Assembly (NCBI GenBank): GCA_963664435.2
Contig: CAXXKM010000003.1
Span: 96,001 to 160,000 of the forward strand
Origin: Longimicrobiales bacterium
GTDB taxonomy: Bacteria; Gemmatimonadota; Gemmatimonadetes; Longimicrobiales; Gaopeijiaceae
DNA: 64,000 nucleotides
Direction: 5' to 3'
A model generated the notes under the pieces. The model saw only the letters and a list, made by a program, of their open reading frames with translations. It searched no databases and had not been told where the DNA came from. Shown here piece by piece: positions 1 through 9,970 of the stretch. Each line of letters opens with the position of its first letter. Position 1 is the first letter of the stretch. A program made the translations under genes and the position numbers.

Positions 1-1
1 T

Positions 2-859
2 TTCGAGCGCGACCTCCAGGACGGCGTCCATTCCCTCGGCAAGACCGAGTCGGGCTATCCTCCCGTCCTGGTCGGGAATGTGCTGGCGCAGCGCATGCAG
101 CTCTTCAAGGGCGACACGCTGGTGCTGGTGTCGCTCGAGAACGTCAACGAGAGTCCCATCGGCGGTCTGTACCCCACGGTTCGCCAGTTCGAAATGGCGG
201 GTTCCTTCACGACCGGCATGTACGAGTACGACCTGCGCAACATCTACACGACGCTGGCGGCGGCCCAGGACCTGCTCGGCATCGCGGGGGCGAACCAGGT
301 CGGCGGAATCGCCGTCCGGGTGGAAGATCTGTGGGAAGCGGACGCGGTGGGCCGGGAGATCCGCGCCGCAGTCGGGCCGGGCCACTTCATCGAGAGCTGG
401 ATGACCACCAACAGGTCGTTCTTCTCCGCGCTGAAGCTGGAGGAGCTGGCGTTGGGGGTCATCCTCGGCCTGATCATCGTGGTGGCTGCCTTCAACATCG
501 TGAGCACGCTGGTCATGGTTGTGGTGGATCGGACCCGGGAAATCGGGATCCTCAAGTCGATGGGCATGACCGACCGCGCGATTCTGCGCGTCTTCCGCCT
601 GCAGGGGCTCTGGATCGGCATGATCGGGACTTCGCTGGGGGTGACCCTGGGCCTGGCGGCGGCCTGGGCGCTCGACCGCTACCAGTTCATCTCGATTCCG
701 GCCGACCTCTACTACCTGGATCATCTGCCCGTGGCAGTGGACATGCTGGACATCGCGACCATCATCGCGGTGAGCATGGGCATCACCTTCCTGGCCACCC
801 TCTATCCGGCGTCCCGGGCGGCCGGTCTCCGGCCCGTTGAGGCGATTCGCCATGAATGA
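2..859 (+). CDS. lolE: Lipoprotein-releasing ABC transporter permease (LolC/LolE family), 5'-truncated by window edge
   Basis: Frame is open from position 2. FtsX-type C-terminal TM region (IIVVAAFNIVSTLVMVVVDRTREIGILKSMG...LYPASRAAGLRPVEAIRHE). Directly upstream of lolD. LolC vs LolE cannot be resolved. Confidence 0.9.
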   Translation, partial: FERDLQDGVHSLGKTESGYPPVLVGNVLAQRMQLFKGDTLVLVSLENVNESPIGGLYPTVRQFEMAGSFTTGMYEYDLRNIYTTLAAAQDLLGIAGANQVGGIAVRVEDLWEADAVGREIRAAVGPGHFIESWMTTNRSFFSALKLEELALGVILGLIIVVAAFNIVSTLVMVVVDRTREIGILKSMGMTDRAILRVFRLQGLWIGMIGTSLGVTLGLAAAWALDRYQFISIPADLYYLDHLPVAVDMLDIATIIAVSMGITFLATLYPASRAAGLRPVEAIRHE

Positions 860-1622
860 GGGGAGCCGGTCGACCGGGGTCGGCCCCGGCAACGGTGCGA
901 ACCTCGATTCCCACGAAGGCCGCGACCCGGTGCTGCTACCCCTGGAGGCCCGTTCGCTGGCACGCACCTTCGTGGGCGGCAATGGAAGTGAACTCCGGGT
1001 TCTGCGGGGGGTAGACGTGCGAGTTCACGTGGGCGAGGCAGTGTCGGTCACGGGCGCGAGCGGCGCGGGCAAGAGCACGCTGCTTCACCTGCTGGGGGCG
1101 CTCGACCGGCCGACGTCGGGCGAGGTCCTGGTCGACGGAACGCCGTTGTCCGGGCTGGACGAGGAAGCCATCTGCGGAATCCGAAACCATCACATCGGTT
1201 TCGTGTTTCAGTTCCACCATCTGCTGCGCGACTTCACCGCACTCGAGAACGTCATGATGCCCCGACTCATTGCCGGCCAGTCGCGACCGGAGGCCGAGGA
1301 CGGCGCGCGCCGCCTCCTCGAGTCGGTGGGGCTCGGCGAACGCCTCGAGCACAGGTCCTGGCAGCTCTCGGGGGGAGAGCAGCAGCGGGTGGCGGTCGCC
1401 CGCGCGCTCGCCAACGACCCGGTGGTTCTGCTGGCGGACGAACCCAGTGGCAATCTCGATCATCGGACCAGCGAACAGCTGCACGACCTTCTCTTCCAGC
1501 TGAAGGACGACCACGACCTGGCCATGGTGCTGGTAACCCACAACCGTGCGCTTGCCGCGCGAGCGGATCGTGTCCTGCGGCTGGACGGCGGGATACTGGC
1601 CGAGGGAGAAGTAACCCCGTGA
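852..1622 (+). CDS. lolD: Lipoprotein-releasing ABC transporter ATP-binding protein
   Basis: Walker A GASGAGKS, GFVFQFHHLL LolD motif, LSGGEQQRV signature. ATG 852 overlaps the permease end. Confidence 0.92.
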   Translation: MNEGSRSTGVGPGNGANLDSHEGRDPVLLPLEARSLARTFVGGNGSELRVLRGVDVRVHVGEAVSVTGASGAGKSTLLHLLGALDRPTSGEVLVDGTPLSGLDEEAICGIRNHHIGFVFQFHHLLRDFTALENVMMPRLIAGQSRPEAEDGARRLLESVGLGERLEHRSWQLSGGEQQRVAVARALANDPVVLLADEPSGNLDHRTSEQLHDLLFQLKDDHDLAMVLVTHNRALAARADRVLRLDGGILAEGEVTP

Positions 1623-2137
1623 GCGACGATCCCCGGGTATGCAGCGAGTGCGGCGCGGCGGAAGCCGTCGTCCATCTGACCCAGATCGTGGACGACGTGG
1701 CGAGCGTGCTGCACCTGTGCGAGAAGTGCGCCGCGTCCCGCGGGGTCGACCAGCCGTCGCCGCCCCCACATTCCCCGCTCACCGACTTCCTGTCGCAGAT
1801 GACCGGTCCGGAGGAGGGCGCGACGGCCGAGCAGGAGGACAGGACCTGTACCTTCTGCAGCCTTACGTTTGCGGGATTCCGGGAGAACGGTCGCCTGGGG
1901 TGTCCTCACTGCTACACCACGTTCGACTTTTATCTGAAGAACCTGCTGAGGCGCATACACGGGGGCGTGCAGCACGTGGGCAAGGTCTACCTGCCCCCGG
2001 ATCCCACCGTCTCCGAGCGCGAGCAGCGCCTTGAGGGCCTGCGCCGCAAGCTGCGCTTCGCAATCAGTACCGAGGACTTCGAGCGGGCGGCGAAGCTGAG
2101 GGACCAGATCCGTTCCCTCGAGCCCGTGACCCGGTAG
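1619..2137 (+). CDS. mcsA: McsA, CXXC zinc-binding/UVR-domain activator of protein arginine kinase
   Basis: Four CXXC motifs (CSEC, CEKC, CTFC, CPHC), GRLGCxxCY, C-terminal UVR motif EDFERAAKLRDQI. Precedes mcsB-clpC. Confidence 0.9.
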   Translation: MSDDPRVCSECGAAEAVVHLTQIVDDVASVLHLCEKCAASRGVDQPSPPPHSPLTDFLSQMTGPEEGATAEQEDRTCTFCSLTFAGFRENGRLGCPHCYTTFDFYLKNLLRRIHGGVQHVGKVYLPPDPTVSEREQRLEGLRRKLRFAISTEDFERAAKLRDQIRSLEPVTR

Positions 2138-2145
2138 GGCGACCG

Positions 2146-3282
2146 ATGGATCACCTGTCGACGATCTTCGATCGCGGCCTGGGGTGGCTCGACGCGAGCG
2201 GTCCGGACTCGGATATCGTGCTTTCCACCCGCGTCCGCCTCGCCCGCAACCTTCAGGGGTACGCGTTCGGTCCCCAATCACGGGTCAACGACCGCCGGGC
2301 CGTGCTCGCGCGCGTGCGGGGGACCGCGGACAAGGTCGAGCTGCTGACCGAGGCGAGCGTTCACCCGCTGGCCGAACTGGACGGCGGAACCCGGCGCATT
2401 CTTCTGGAACGGCGCCTCATTTCCCAGGACCTCCTGGGCGAGACATCGGACTCCGAGCTGCCGCGGCGCGCGGCCGCCGTGGTGCTCTCGGCCCGCGATC
2501 CGGTCAGCGTGATGGTGAACGAAGAAGACCACCTGCGCCTGCAGGTGCTGGTTTCGGGTCTCGCGCTGGAAGGGGCGTGGAGCATGGTCGACGGGCTGGA
2601 CGAGGATCTCGGCCGGGAACTCCCGTACGCCTACGATCACGAGCTCGGGTATCTCACCAGTTGCCCCACGAACGTCGGCACCGGGCTGAGGGCATCGGTC
2701 CTCATCCATCTTCCGGGGCTCGTGCTCACCAAGGAGATCGGCCGCGTGCTGCAGGGGTTGAGCCAGGTCGGGCTGACGTTTCGCGGACTCTACGGGGAGG
2801 GTTCCGAGGTCGTCGGCAACTTCTTCCAGGTCTCGAACCAGACCACGCTCGGAAAGACGGAGGAAGACCTGGTCGACCATCTGGACCGCATCGTGCGCCA
2901 AGTCATCGAATACGAGAGGCGGGCACGCCGCGTGCTGCTTCGGGACGCATATCAAGTGACAGAAGATAAGATATGGCGTGCCTACGGTTTACTACGCTAC
3001 GCCCGATCTCTTACTTTCGAGGAAATGATGAACCTCCTATCGGGGGTTCGCCTGGGCGCGGCACTGAAACTTCTCCCAGGGCTCCGTGTATACTCGCTCA
3101 ACAAGATCATGATCTTTACCCAGTCCGCCCACCTGGAGGATGCAGCCGGGCGGAAGCTTCCCCCCGGTGAGCGCGACGCGCACCGAGCCACCTATGTGCG
3201 CCGCATCCTGGCTACCGAGGGTGTGGTGATCCCGGACACGGAACCTCCGGAGAGCAGTTCGGGCTCCGGCCCCGACTCCTGA
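2146..3282 (+). CDS. mcsB: Protein arginine kinase McsB
   Basis: STRVRLARN, NEEDHLR, GYLTSCPTNVGTGLRAS and FQVSNQTTLG phosphagen-kinase motifs. mcsA-mcsB-clpC synteny. Confidence 0.93.
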   Translation: MDHLSTIFDRGLGWLDASGPDSDIVLSTRVRLARNLQGYAFGPQSRVNDRRAVLARVRGTADKVELLTEASVHPLAELDGGTRRILLERRLISQDLLGETSDSELPRRAAAVVLSARDPVSVMVNEEDHLRLQVLVSGLALEGAWSMVDGLDEDLGRELPYAYDHELGYLTSCPTNVGTGLRASVLIHLPGLVLTKEIGRVLQGLSQVGLTFRGLYGEGSEVVGNFFQVSNQTTLGKTEEDLVDHLDRIVRQVIEYERRARRVLLRDAYQVTEDKIWRAYGLLRYARSLTFEEMMNLLSGVRLGAALKLLPGLRVYSLNKIMIFTQSAHLEDAAGRKLPPGERDAHRATYVRRILATEGVVIPDTEPPESSSGSGPDS

Positions 3283-3305
3283 CGACCCGCGGGCACGAAA
3301 GGCAG

Positions 3306-5774
3306 ATGAACTACAATTTCACGGATCGGGTTCGAAAGGTGCTCGCGATGGCAAGGGATGAGGCCATCAGGCTGCAACACGACTATGTGGGCACCGAGCA
3401 TGTGCTGCTCGGCCTGATTCGTGAGCGGGAGGGGGTCGCCGCCACGGTGCTGATGAACCTGGGAGCGGACCTGAGCCAGGTTCATCAGCGGGTTGAGGAG
3501 GCCGTTCGCAAGGGCAAGGCCACCATAGCCCTGGGTGAGCTGCCCTACACCTCGCGCGCGAAGAAGGTGCTGGAGTTCGCGCTGGCCGAGGCACGCGAGC
3601 TCAAACACTCCTATGTCGGCACGGAACATCTCCTGCTCGGGCTCCTGAGAGAGGAGAAGGGCATCGCGGCGCAGGTGCTCAACTCGATGAACGTGCGCCT
3701 CGACCGGGCGCGCGCGGAGTGCCTCCGGGTGCTGGGTTCCGAGATGAGTTCGGATGTCGGTGGGGGGCCGGCGGTGCCCGCCGGAGGCAAGCCGGACAAG
3801 AAGTCCAAGACTCCCGCACTCGATCATTTCTGCCGCGACCTCACCAAACTGGCCCGCGACGGCAAGCTCGACCCCACCATCGGACGTCGCGTCGAGATCG
3901 AGCGGATCGTCGAGATTCTGTGCCGGCGCAAGAAGAACAACCCGGTCCTGATCGGCGAACCGGGCGTCGGGAAGACGGCCATCGTAGAAGGACTGGCGCA
4001 GATCATCGCGGCGCGCGAGATCACGGAGGCGCTCAAGGACCACCGGCTGCTGGCGCTGGACATGGCCGCGGTCATTGCGGGAACCAAGTATCGAGGCCAG
4101 TTCGAGGAACGCCTGAAGGCGGTCATGAACGAGATCGCCCAGGGCGGCAACGTCATCCTCTTCATCGACGAGCTGCATACCCTGGTGGGAGCCGGGGCCG
4201 CCGAGGGAGCCATCGACGCGTCCAACATGTTCAAACCGGCCCTCGCTCGCGGAGAGCTCCAGTGCATCGGGGCTTCCACGCTGAACGAGTATCGCAAGTA
4301 CATCGAGAAGGACGGGGCGCTGGAACGCCGCTTCCAGCCCGTCATCGTGGACCAGCCGTCCCTCCCCGAGACCGTCGACATCCTCAAGGGCCTGCGCGGC
4401 CACTACGAGGAACACCACAGGGTGACCCTCTCGGACGGCTCTCTGGAGGCGGCGGCGAAGCTCTCCGACCGCTACATCACCGACCGTTTCCTCCCCGACA
4501 AGGCGATCGACGTTATCGACGAGGCCGGATCGCGGGCGCGCATCGCCAGCCAGGTGCCGTCGCCGGAGGTCGAGGAGTTGAAGGAGGAACTTGCGGGGCT
4601 GGCGGGACAGAAGGAACTCGCGATTCGCAATCAGGACTTCGAGCGCGCGGCGGAGTTGCGGGACGAGGAGCGTGAACTGCAGCGCCGCATTCGCGAGCGC
4701 CAGAAGGAGTGGCAGGAAGCGCGCAGGCACCATCGGCCGGAGGTAAGTGTCGACGACGTCTCCTTCATCGTCAGCCGCTGGACGGGAATCCCCGTAACCC
4801 GGATGAAACAGGCCGAAACCAGGCGGCTCATCAACATGGAGGATGAGTTGCACAAGCGGGTGGTCGGCCAGGACCCCGCCATCCAGGCGATTTCGCGCGC
4901 CATCCGCCGCAGCCGCGCCGGGCTCAAGGATCCCAGGCGGCCGATCGGGTCGTTCATCTTCTCGGGCCCGACCGGGGTGGGGAAGACCGAACTGGCGCGT
5001 GCGCTGGCCGAGTTCATGTTCGCGGATCGGGATGCCCTGATTCGCGTGGACATGAGCGAGTACATGGAGCGGTTCTCGGTCTCCCGTCTCATCGGCGCGC
5101 CGCCGGGGTACGTCGGCTACCACGAATCCGGCGCGCTGACCAAGGCGGTGCGGCGGCGCCCGTATTCGGTCGTCCTCCTGGATGAGATCGAGAAGGCGCA
5201 CCCCGACGTCTTCAACATCCTGCTGCAGGTGCTGGACGAAGGGCACCTCACGGACAACTACGGCAGGACCATCGATTTCAAGAACACCGTCATCGTCATG
5301 ACGTGCAATCTCGGGGCCCGGGACATCTCCAAGGGCGGCACGCTGGGGTTCCACGAGGAGGATGCGCGGTCCGGCTACGAGCTCATGCGCGGCAAGGTGC
5401 AGGCGGCGATCGATCGCACCTTCAACCCGGAGTTCCTCAATCGCGTCGACGACACGATCGTCTTCCACGCGCTGAGCCGGGAGGACATCGGGCAGATCGT
5501 GCACATCCTGCTCCTGGAGATCCACGAGCGCCTGGGCGAGGAAAAGCTGACCCTCGCGCTGAGCGATGCCGCGGTCAGCTTCCTCGCGGAGCAGGGCTAC
5601 AGCGAGAAATTCGGCGCGCGCCCTCTGCGGCGGGCGATTCAGCGCTACCTGGAGGATCCACTCTCGGAGATGATCCTCACGGCGGAGTTCGGCGCCGGGG
5701 ACGAGATCCAGGCCGACCTCAACGAGGCGGGGGACGGTCTTACCCTGGGGGCCACCTCGGCGACCAAGACGTGA
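3306..5774 (+). CDS. clpC: ATP-dependent Clp protease ATP-binding subunit ClpC
   Basis: Two Clp-N repeats, two AAA+ modules ([16 protein letters not shown]), short UVR middle domain ([10 protein letters not shown]), LGF ClpP-binding loop. Confidence 0.95.
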   Translation: MNYNFTDRVRKVLAMARDEAIRLQHDYVGTEHVLLGLIREREGVAATVLMNLGADLSQVHQRVEEAVRKGKATIALGELPYTSRAKKVLEFALAEARELKHSYVGTEHLLLGLLREEKGIAAQVLNSMNVRLDRARAECLRVLGSEMSSDVGGGPAVPAGGKPDKKSKTPALDHFCRDLTKLARDGKLDPTIGRRVEIERIVEILCRRKKNNPVLIGEPGVGKTAIVEGLAQIIAAREITEALKDHRLLALDMAAVIAGTKYRGQFEERLKAVMNEIAQGGNVILFIDELHTLVGAGAAEGAIDASNMFKPALARGELQCIGASTLNEYRKYIEKDGALERRFQPVIVDQPSLPETVDILKGLRGHYEEHHRVTLSDGSLEAAAKLSDRYITDRFLPDKAIDVIDEAGSRARIASQVPSPEVEELKEELAGLAGQKELAIRNQDFERAAELRDEERELQRRIRERQKEWQEARRHHRPEVSVDDVSFIVSRWTGIPVTRMKQAETRRLINMEDELHKRVVGQDPAIQAISRAIRRSRAGLKDPRRPIGSFIFSGPTGVGKTELARALAEFMFADRDALIRVDMSEYMERFSVSRLIGAPPGYVGYHESGALTKAVRRRPYSVVLLDEIEKAHPDVFNILLQVLDEGHLTDNYGRTIDFKNTVIVMTCNLGARDISKGGTLGFHEEDARSGYELMRGKVQAAIDRTFNPEFLNRVDDTIVFHALSREDIGQIVHILLLEIHERLGEEKLTLALSDAAVSFLAEQGYSEKFGARPLRRAIQRYLEDPLSEMILTAEFGAGDEIQADLNEAGDGLTLGATSATKT

Positions 5775-8197
5775 ACGACCGCACCGGCGCACGTGCTTCT
5801 GCGCGCCTCGCAGGGCTCACGGCGATGCTTGCCGCCGCGTGGGTCCTTCCCTCTGCGCTGACCGCGCAGCAGGCGGATCCCGCCGCCGGCACCTTCGTCG
5901 ATTCCATCACCGTGGAAGGCAACGTGCGCCTTACCGACGAGGAGATTCTCGCGGACCTCACGCTGCAGCCGCGCACCACCATCTCCTTCCGCGACATCCA
6001 GACCGCCCTGAAGGCGCTCTGGAACACCGGGCAGTACCGGGATTTCACGATCAGCGCCGCGGGCGGCCAGGGCGAGCCGGTGGTGCTGGTGCTCGATGTC
6101 GAAGAGCAGGACATCATGGACGCGGTGACCATCGTGGGGCTGGAGCGGCTCAGTCAGGGGTCGGTTCGGGACACCGCCGATCTCCAGACCGGCGAGCCCT
6201 ATTCCCCGCAGAAGCTCGCGATCGCGCGCGACTTCATCCGCAGCGAACTCGCGGACGACGGCATCCCGTTCGCGCGCATCGACGAGCGGGTGGAAGAGAT
6301 CGCCGACAAGCCGGGGCATGTTCGTCTGACGCTCGAGGTGACGGAGGGCCAGCGCGTCACCATCGCCGAGGTGGAGTTCGCGGGCAACGAGAACCTGGCC
6401 TCCGACCAGCTGCGCGGGTCCGTCGACACGAAGCCCGAGGCGTTCTGGTGGTTCCGCCAGGGGTCATACCAGGAAAGCACGCTGGAGGAAGACCTGTTCG
6501 CCCGGCTGCCCGAGCTCTACCGCTCGCAGGGCTATCTGGATTTCGAGGTCCTGGGGGACACCCTGATCATCGACCCGGAGACCGGGAAATCGCGACTCGA
6601 AGTCACGGTCGACGAAGGTCCCCGCTACCGGGTGCGGGACTTCCTGGTGGAGGGGAACAGCCGTTTCCCCACCGAGCAGATCGAGCAGTATTATCAGCCC
6701 GAACAGGGAGGGCTGCTCAGCAGCTTCGGCATCGGCGGCGACGATGACCAGGACCCGGTGTTCGATGCCAGCGCCTTCGACGCGGCCGCGACGGCGGTGG
6801 GCTCCCTTTACCGGAACAACGGATACCTGGGGGCCAGCGTCGAGCCCTACTACGAGTTCGACGAGGCGAACGGCGACGGCGACCCGACCCTTCTGGTGGG
6901 CTGGCGCATTCAGGAAGGTCCGCCCGCGTACATCCGCCGGGTCGAGGTTGAGGGCAACGACTACACGCACGAGCGCGTCATCCGGGACCAGCTCTTCACC
7001 CTCCCCGGAGACATCTATTCCGAGGAGCGGCTCATCCAGAGCTACCAGGCGGTTTCGGCGCTCGGGTACTTCGAGACCCCGATGGAGCTTCCCAGCCTCC
7101 AGCCGGCCGACGACGGAACCGGAAACGTGGACATCGTCTATCGGGTCGCGGAGAGGCAGACGGGGACCGTGAACTTCGGCACCGCGATGGGCGGGGGCTA
7201 CGGGCTGTCGGGGTTCCTGGGATATGACCAGCCCAACCTCTTCGGACAGGCCAAGTCCGGAAGCGTGCGCTGGGACTTCGGCCGCTACATCAACAACTTC
7301 ACCTTGTCGTACACGGATCCGTCGCTCAGGCGCTCGCGCGTGAGCGGGACGATATCCGCGTTCTACACGCGTGACCGGTTCTTCCAGTTCACCACCGGAC
7401 AGCGCCGCCTGCAGGGAGGCTCTCTCCGCTTCGGGCTCCCCATGCCTGGCTCTCTGCGTACCAGACTGTTCCTGGGATACTCTCTCTCGCGCACCAGGTA
7501 CGAGCTGTTCTCGAGGTCCGAGGACACCTCGCTGTTCGGCAGGGACCCCGGAATCCTGAGCACGCTCTCCGTCAGCCTCCAGCGCCAGACGCTCAACCAC
7601 AATCTGTTCCCGACGCAGGGATCGAGGCAGGTGGCGTCCGCGGAAATGAACGGGGGCATTCTGGGTGGGGACGGCGACTTCGTGAAGTACGGAGTCGAGG
7701 GAACCTGGTTCACTCCCATAGGCCAGATCGGAAGCGGAGCGCGTCCGATCCGGACCACGCTCGGGCTCAGCGTCCGCGCCGGGGCGATCATCGGGAACGC
7801 GGAGCGCTTCCCCTTCGATCGCTACTGGATGGGCGGCGTCCAGTTCGGCGAGAGACTGCGCGGCTACGACGAAACCACAATCACCCCGGCCGGTTTCTAC
7901 GACCGCGGATCGGGATCGGGGATTCTCGAGGGCGAGAGGCTGGGGAACGCGTTCCTGGCGCTCACGGTCGAGTATGCGATCCGCTTCAACGACAACCTGT
8001 CGCTCGGGTTCTTCTACGACGCGGGCAACGTCTGGGTGAGCGCGGCCGAGTTCACGCCCACGCGCCTGTTCCGCGGGGCGGGCGTCGGAGCTCAGCTGGT
8101 AACGCCCTTCGGACCACTGGGCCTGGACTATGCATACGGGTTCGACAAGACCAATCCGGGATGGCAGCTCCATTTCAGGATGGGACCGGGGTTCTGA
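5771..8197 (+). CDS. bamA: Outer membrane protein assembly factor BamA
   Basis: GTG 5771 overlaps the clpC stop. Signal peptide, POTRA repeats (VEGN/FAGN), LRGY motif, TPFGPLGLDYAYG, terminal Phe. ORF-track start 5303 is too far upstream. Confidence 0.92.
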   Translation: MNDRTGARASARLAGLTAMLAAAWVLPSALTAQQADPAAGTFVDSITVEGNVRLTDEEILADLTLQPRTTISFRDIQTALKALWNTGQYRDFTISAAGGQGEPVVLVLDVEEQDIMDAVTIVGLERLSQGSVRDTADLQTGEPYSPQKLAIARDFIRSELADDGIPFARIDERVEEIADKPGHVRLTLEVTEGQRVTIAEVEFAGNENLASDQLRGSVDTKPEAFWWFRQGSYQESTLEEDLFARLPELYRSQGYLDFEVLGDTLIIDPETGKSRLEVTVDEGPRYRVRDFLVEGNSRFPTEQIEQYYQPEQGGLLSSFGIGGDDDQDPVFDASAFDAAATAVGSLYRNNGYLGASVEPYYEFDEANGDGDPTLLVGWRIQEGPPAYIRRVEVEGNDYTHERVIRDQLFTLPGDIYSEERLIQSYQAVSALGYFETPMELPSLQPADDGTGNVDIVYRVAERQTGTVNFGTAMGGGYGLSGFLGYDQPNLFGQAKSGSVRWDFGRYINNFTLSYTDPSLRRSRVSGTISAFYTRDRFFQFTTGQRRLQGGSLRFGLPMPGSLRTRLFLGYSLSRTRYELFSRSEDTSLFGRDPGILSTLSVSLQRQTLNHNLFPTQGSRQVASAEMNGGILGGDGDFVKYGVEGTWFTPIGQIGSGARPIRTTLGLSVRAGAIIGNAERFPFDRYWMGGVQFGERLRGYDETTITPAGFYDRGSGSGILEGERLGNAFLALTVEYAIRFNDNLSLGFFYDAGNVWVSAAEFTPTRLFRGAGVGAQLVTPFGPLGLDYAYGFDKTNPGWQLHFRMGPGF

Positions 8198-8326
8198 CCC
8201 GGAAGCCTCCATCGTACCAGGAGGGCCTTGCGGTCGCGCGGCTATTGCAGACATCCTTTCAGGCTGTGGGTTTTCGGGAACATGAAACGATTCCATCGTG
8301 ACCGCGCGTTCGGGGAGGCTCGGAAT

Positions 8327-8860
8327 ATGCGTGCATTGGCAGTTGTTCTTGCGGTTGGTTCTTCCTTCTTGCCGGCCGATGACGTGGCCGCCCAGGGACC
8401 GCTGAGACTTGGGTACATCGATTCGCAGGCGATTCTGGCGCAGGCCCCCGGGGCGACCGAGGCACAGGATCAGTTCGAGCGCGACATGGCCCGTTACCGG
8501 GCGGAGCTGGATCAGATCGGGGAAGAGCTGCAGGGCATGATCCAGCAGTTCGAGCAGCAGCAGCTCACGCTTTCGCCCCAGGCGCGGGATACCCAGACCC
8601 AGACCATCCAGGCGAAGCAGGAGGAGTACAACCAGCGCGCCGCGGAACTGGAGGGGGAGGCCGGCAGACGGCAGGCCGAACTGGTGCAGCCCATCATGGA
8701 TCAGGTCACGGCGGCGATCGACGAGATCCGTACCGAGGGCGGATACGCCATCATCTTCGATCTGTCCGCCCAGGCGATCGTCTCCGCGGACCCCGAGCTC
8801 AACCTGACGCAGCAGGTCATCGACCGGCTCATGCAGAATCCTCCGGCCGGCAACCGGTGA
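8327..8860 (+). CDS. skp: Skp/OmpH periplasmic chaperone
   Basis: GGAGG before ATG 8327. Signal peptide, LGYIDSQAIL start, Q/E-rich coiled coil. Lies between bamA and lpxD. Confidence 0.88.
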   Translation: MRALAVVLAVGSSFLPADDVAAQGPLRLGYIDSQAILAQAPGATEAQDQFERDMARYRAELDQIGEELQGMIQQFEQQQLTLSPQARDTQTQTIQAKQEEYNQRAAELEGEAGRRQAELVQPIMDQVTAAIDEIRTEGGYAIIFDLSAQAIVSADPELNLTQQVIDRLMQNPPAGNR

Positions 8861-8913
8861 GCCTGCCTTCCTCGACCTCGGGACCCGCCACACGAGCAGG
8901 CTAGGAGACGACC

Positions 8914-9951
8914 ATGGACCTTGCAGGAGCCGCCGCTCTCACCGGCGCGCGCCTGGAAGGGCAGTCCGGCTGGGCCTTCGACCGCGTCGTGCCGCTGGAC
9001 CAGGCCGGACGCGGGAGGCTCGGCTTTCTCGCCGACCGGCGCTATCTCAAGCACCTGGACGCGTCTTCGGCCGAGGCCGTGCTGGTGGCAGAGGATCTTT
9101 CCGGCACCGTTCGCGGCCGAGTGCCCAACCTGTTGATCGCGGACCGGCCGCGCCGTGCGCTGGCGCAGTTGCTCGATCAGCTCCATCCCCCGGAGGGCGC
9201 GCGTCCGGGTATTCATCCCACGGCCGTTCTCGGGAAGGGCGTGCGACTCGGGCGGGACGTGCGCATCGACGCCTTTGCGGTGCTGGAGGAAGACGTCGAG
9301 GTAGGTGACCGGGTGCGCATCGGCGCCCACGTGTCGGTGGGCCCGGGATCGCGCATCGGCGCAGACTCGCGACTGCACCCGCAGGTCGTGCTGTATCCGG
9401 GAACCCGGCTGGGCCGGCGCGTGGTCCTGCATGCCGGGACCGTCGTGGGCTCCGACGGCTACGGCTACGTGATGCACGAGGGCCGCCACGAGAAGATCCG
9501 CCAGGTAGGTGGCTGCCTCATCGGCGACGACGTGGAGATGGGCGCTCATTGCTGCGTTGACCGCGGATCCATCGGGGACACCGTCATCGGCGCGGGGACC
9601 AAGACCGACAACCTGGTCCATGTCGCCCACAACGTAACCGTGGGTGAGCACTCCCTTCTCATCGCCCAGGTGGGCATCTCCGGTTCCACGACGCTCGGCA
9701 GAGGCGTGGTGATGGCGGGGCAGTCGGGCGCAACCGGGCACCTCGAGATCGGCGACGGGGCGCGGGTGGCCGTGCAAACCGGGGTGATCGGGGATGTCCC
9801 TGCCGGGACCAGTGTGGTCGGATTCCCCGGACGGCCACGCGCGGAGTTCTGGAGATCCATGGCGGCGATGCGGAAGCTCCCGGCGCTGAGGGAGCGGGTG
9901 AAGGAGCTGGAAGAACGGCTGTCGGCGCTGGAGGGGAAGAACGAATCATGA
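8914..9951 (+). CDS. lpxD: UDP-3-O-acyl-glucosamine N-acyltransferase
   Basis: Hexapeptide repeats, GSDGYGY, DNLVHVAHNV. Confidence 0.93.
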   Translation: MDLAGAAALTGARLEGQSGWAFDRVVPLDQAGRGRLGFLADRRYLKHLDASSAEAVLVAEDLSGTVRGRVPNLLIADRPRRALAQLLDQLHPPEGARPGIHPTAVLGKGVRLGRDVRIDAFAVLEEDVEVGDRVRIGAHVSVGPGSRIGADSRLHPQVVLYPGTRLGRRVVLHAGTVVGSDGYGYVMHEGRHEKIRQVGGCLIGDDVEMGAHCCVDRGSIGDTVIGAGTKTDNLVHVAHNVTVGEHSLLIAQVGISGSTTLGRGVVMAGQSGATGHLEIGDGARVAVQTGVIGDVPAGTSVVGFPGRPRAEFWRSMAAMRKLPALRERVKELEERLSALEGKNES

Positions 9952-9970
9952 CCTGGGAGAAGGAGTGTCC

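Noticed and set aside
3192..8893. Very long antisense ORFs (866 aa, 809 aa and many similar across the window)
   Set aside because: They mirror well-supported sense genes and have no recognisable motifs; this is expected from high GC3 codon bias.
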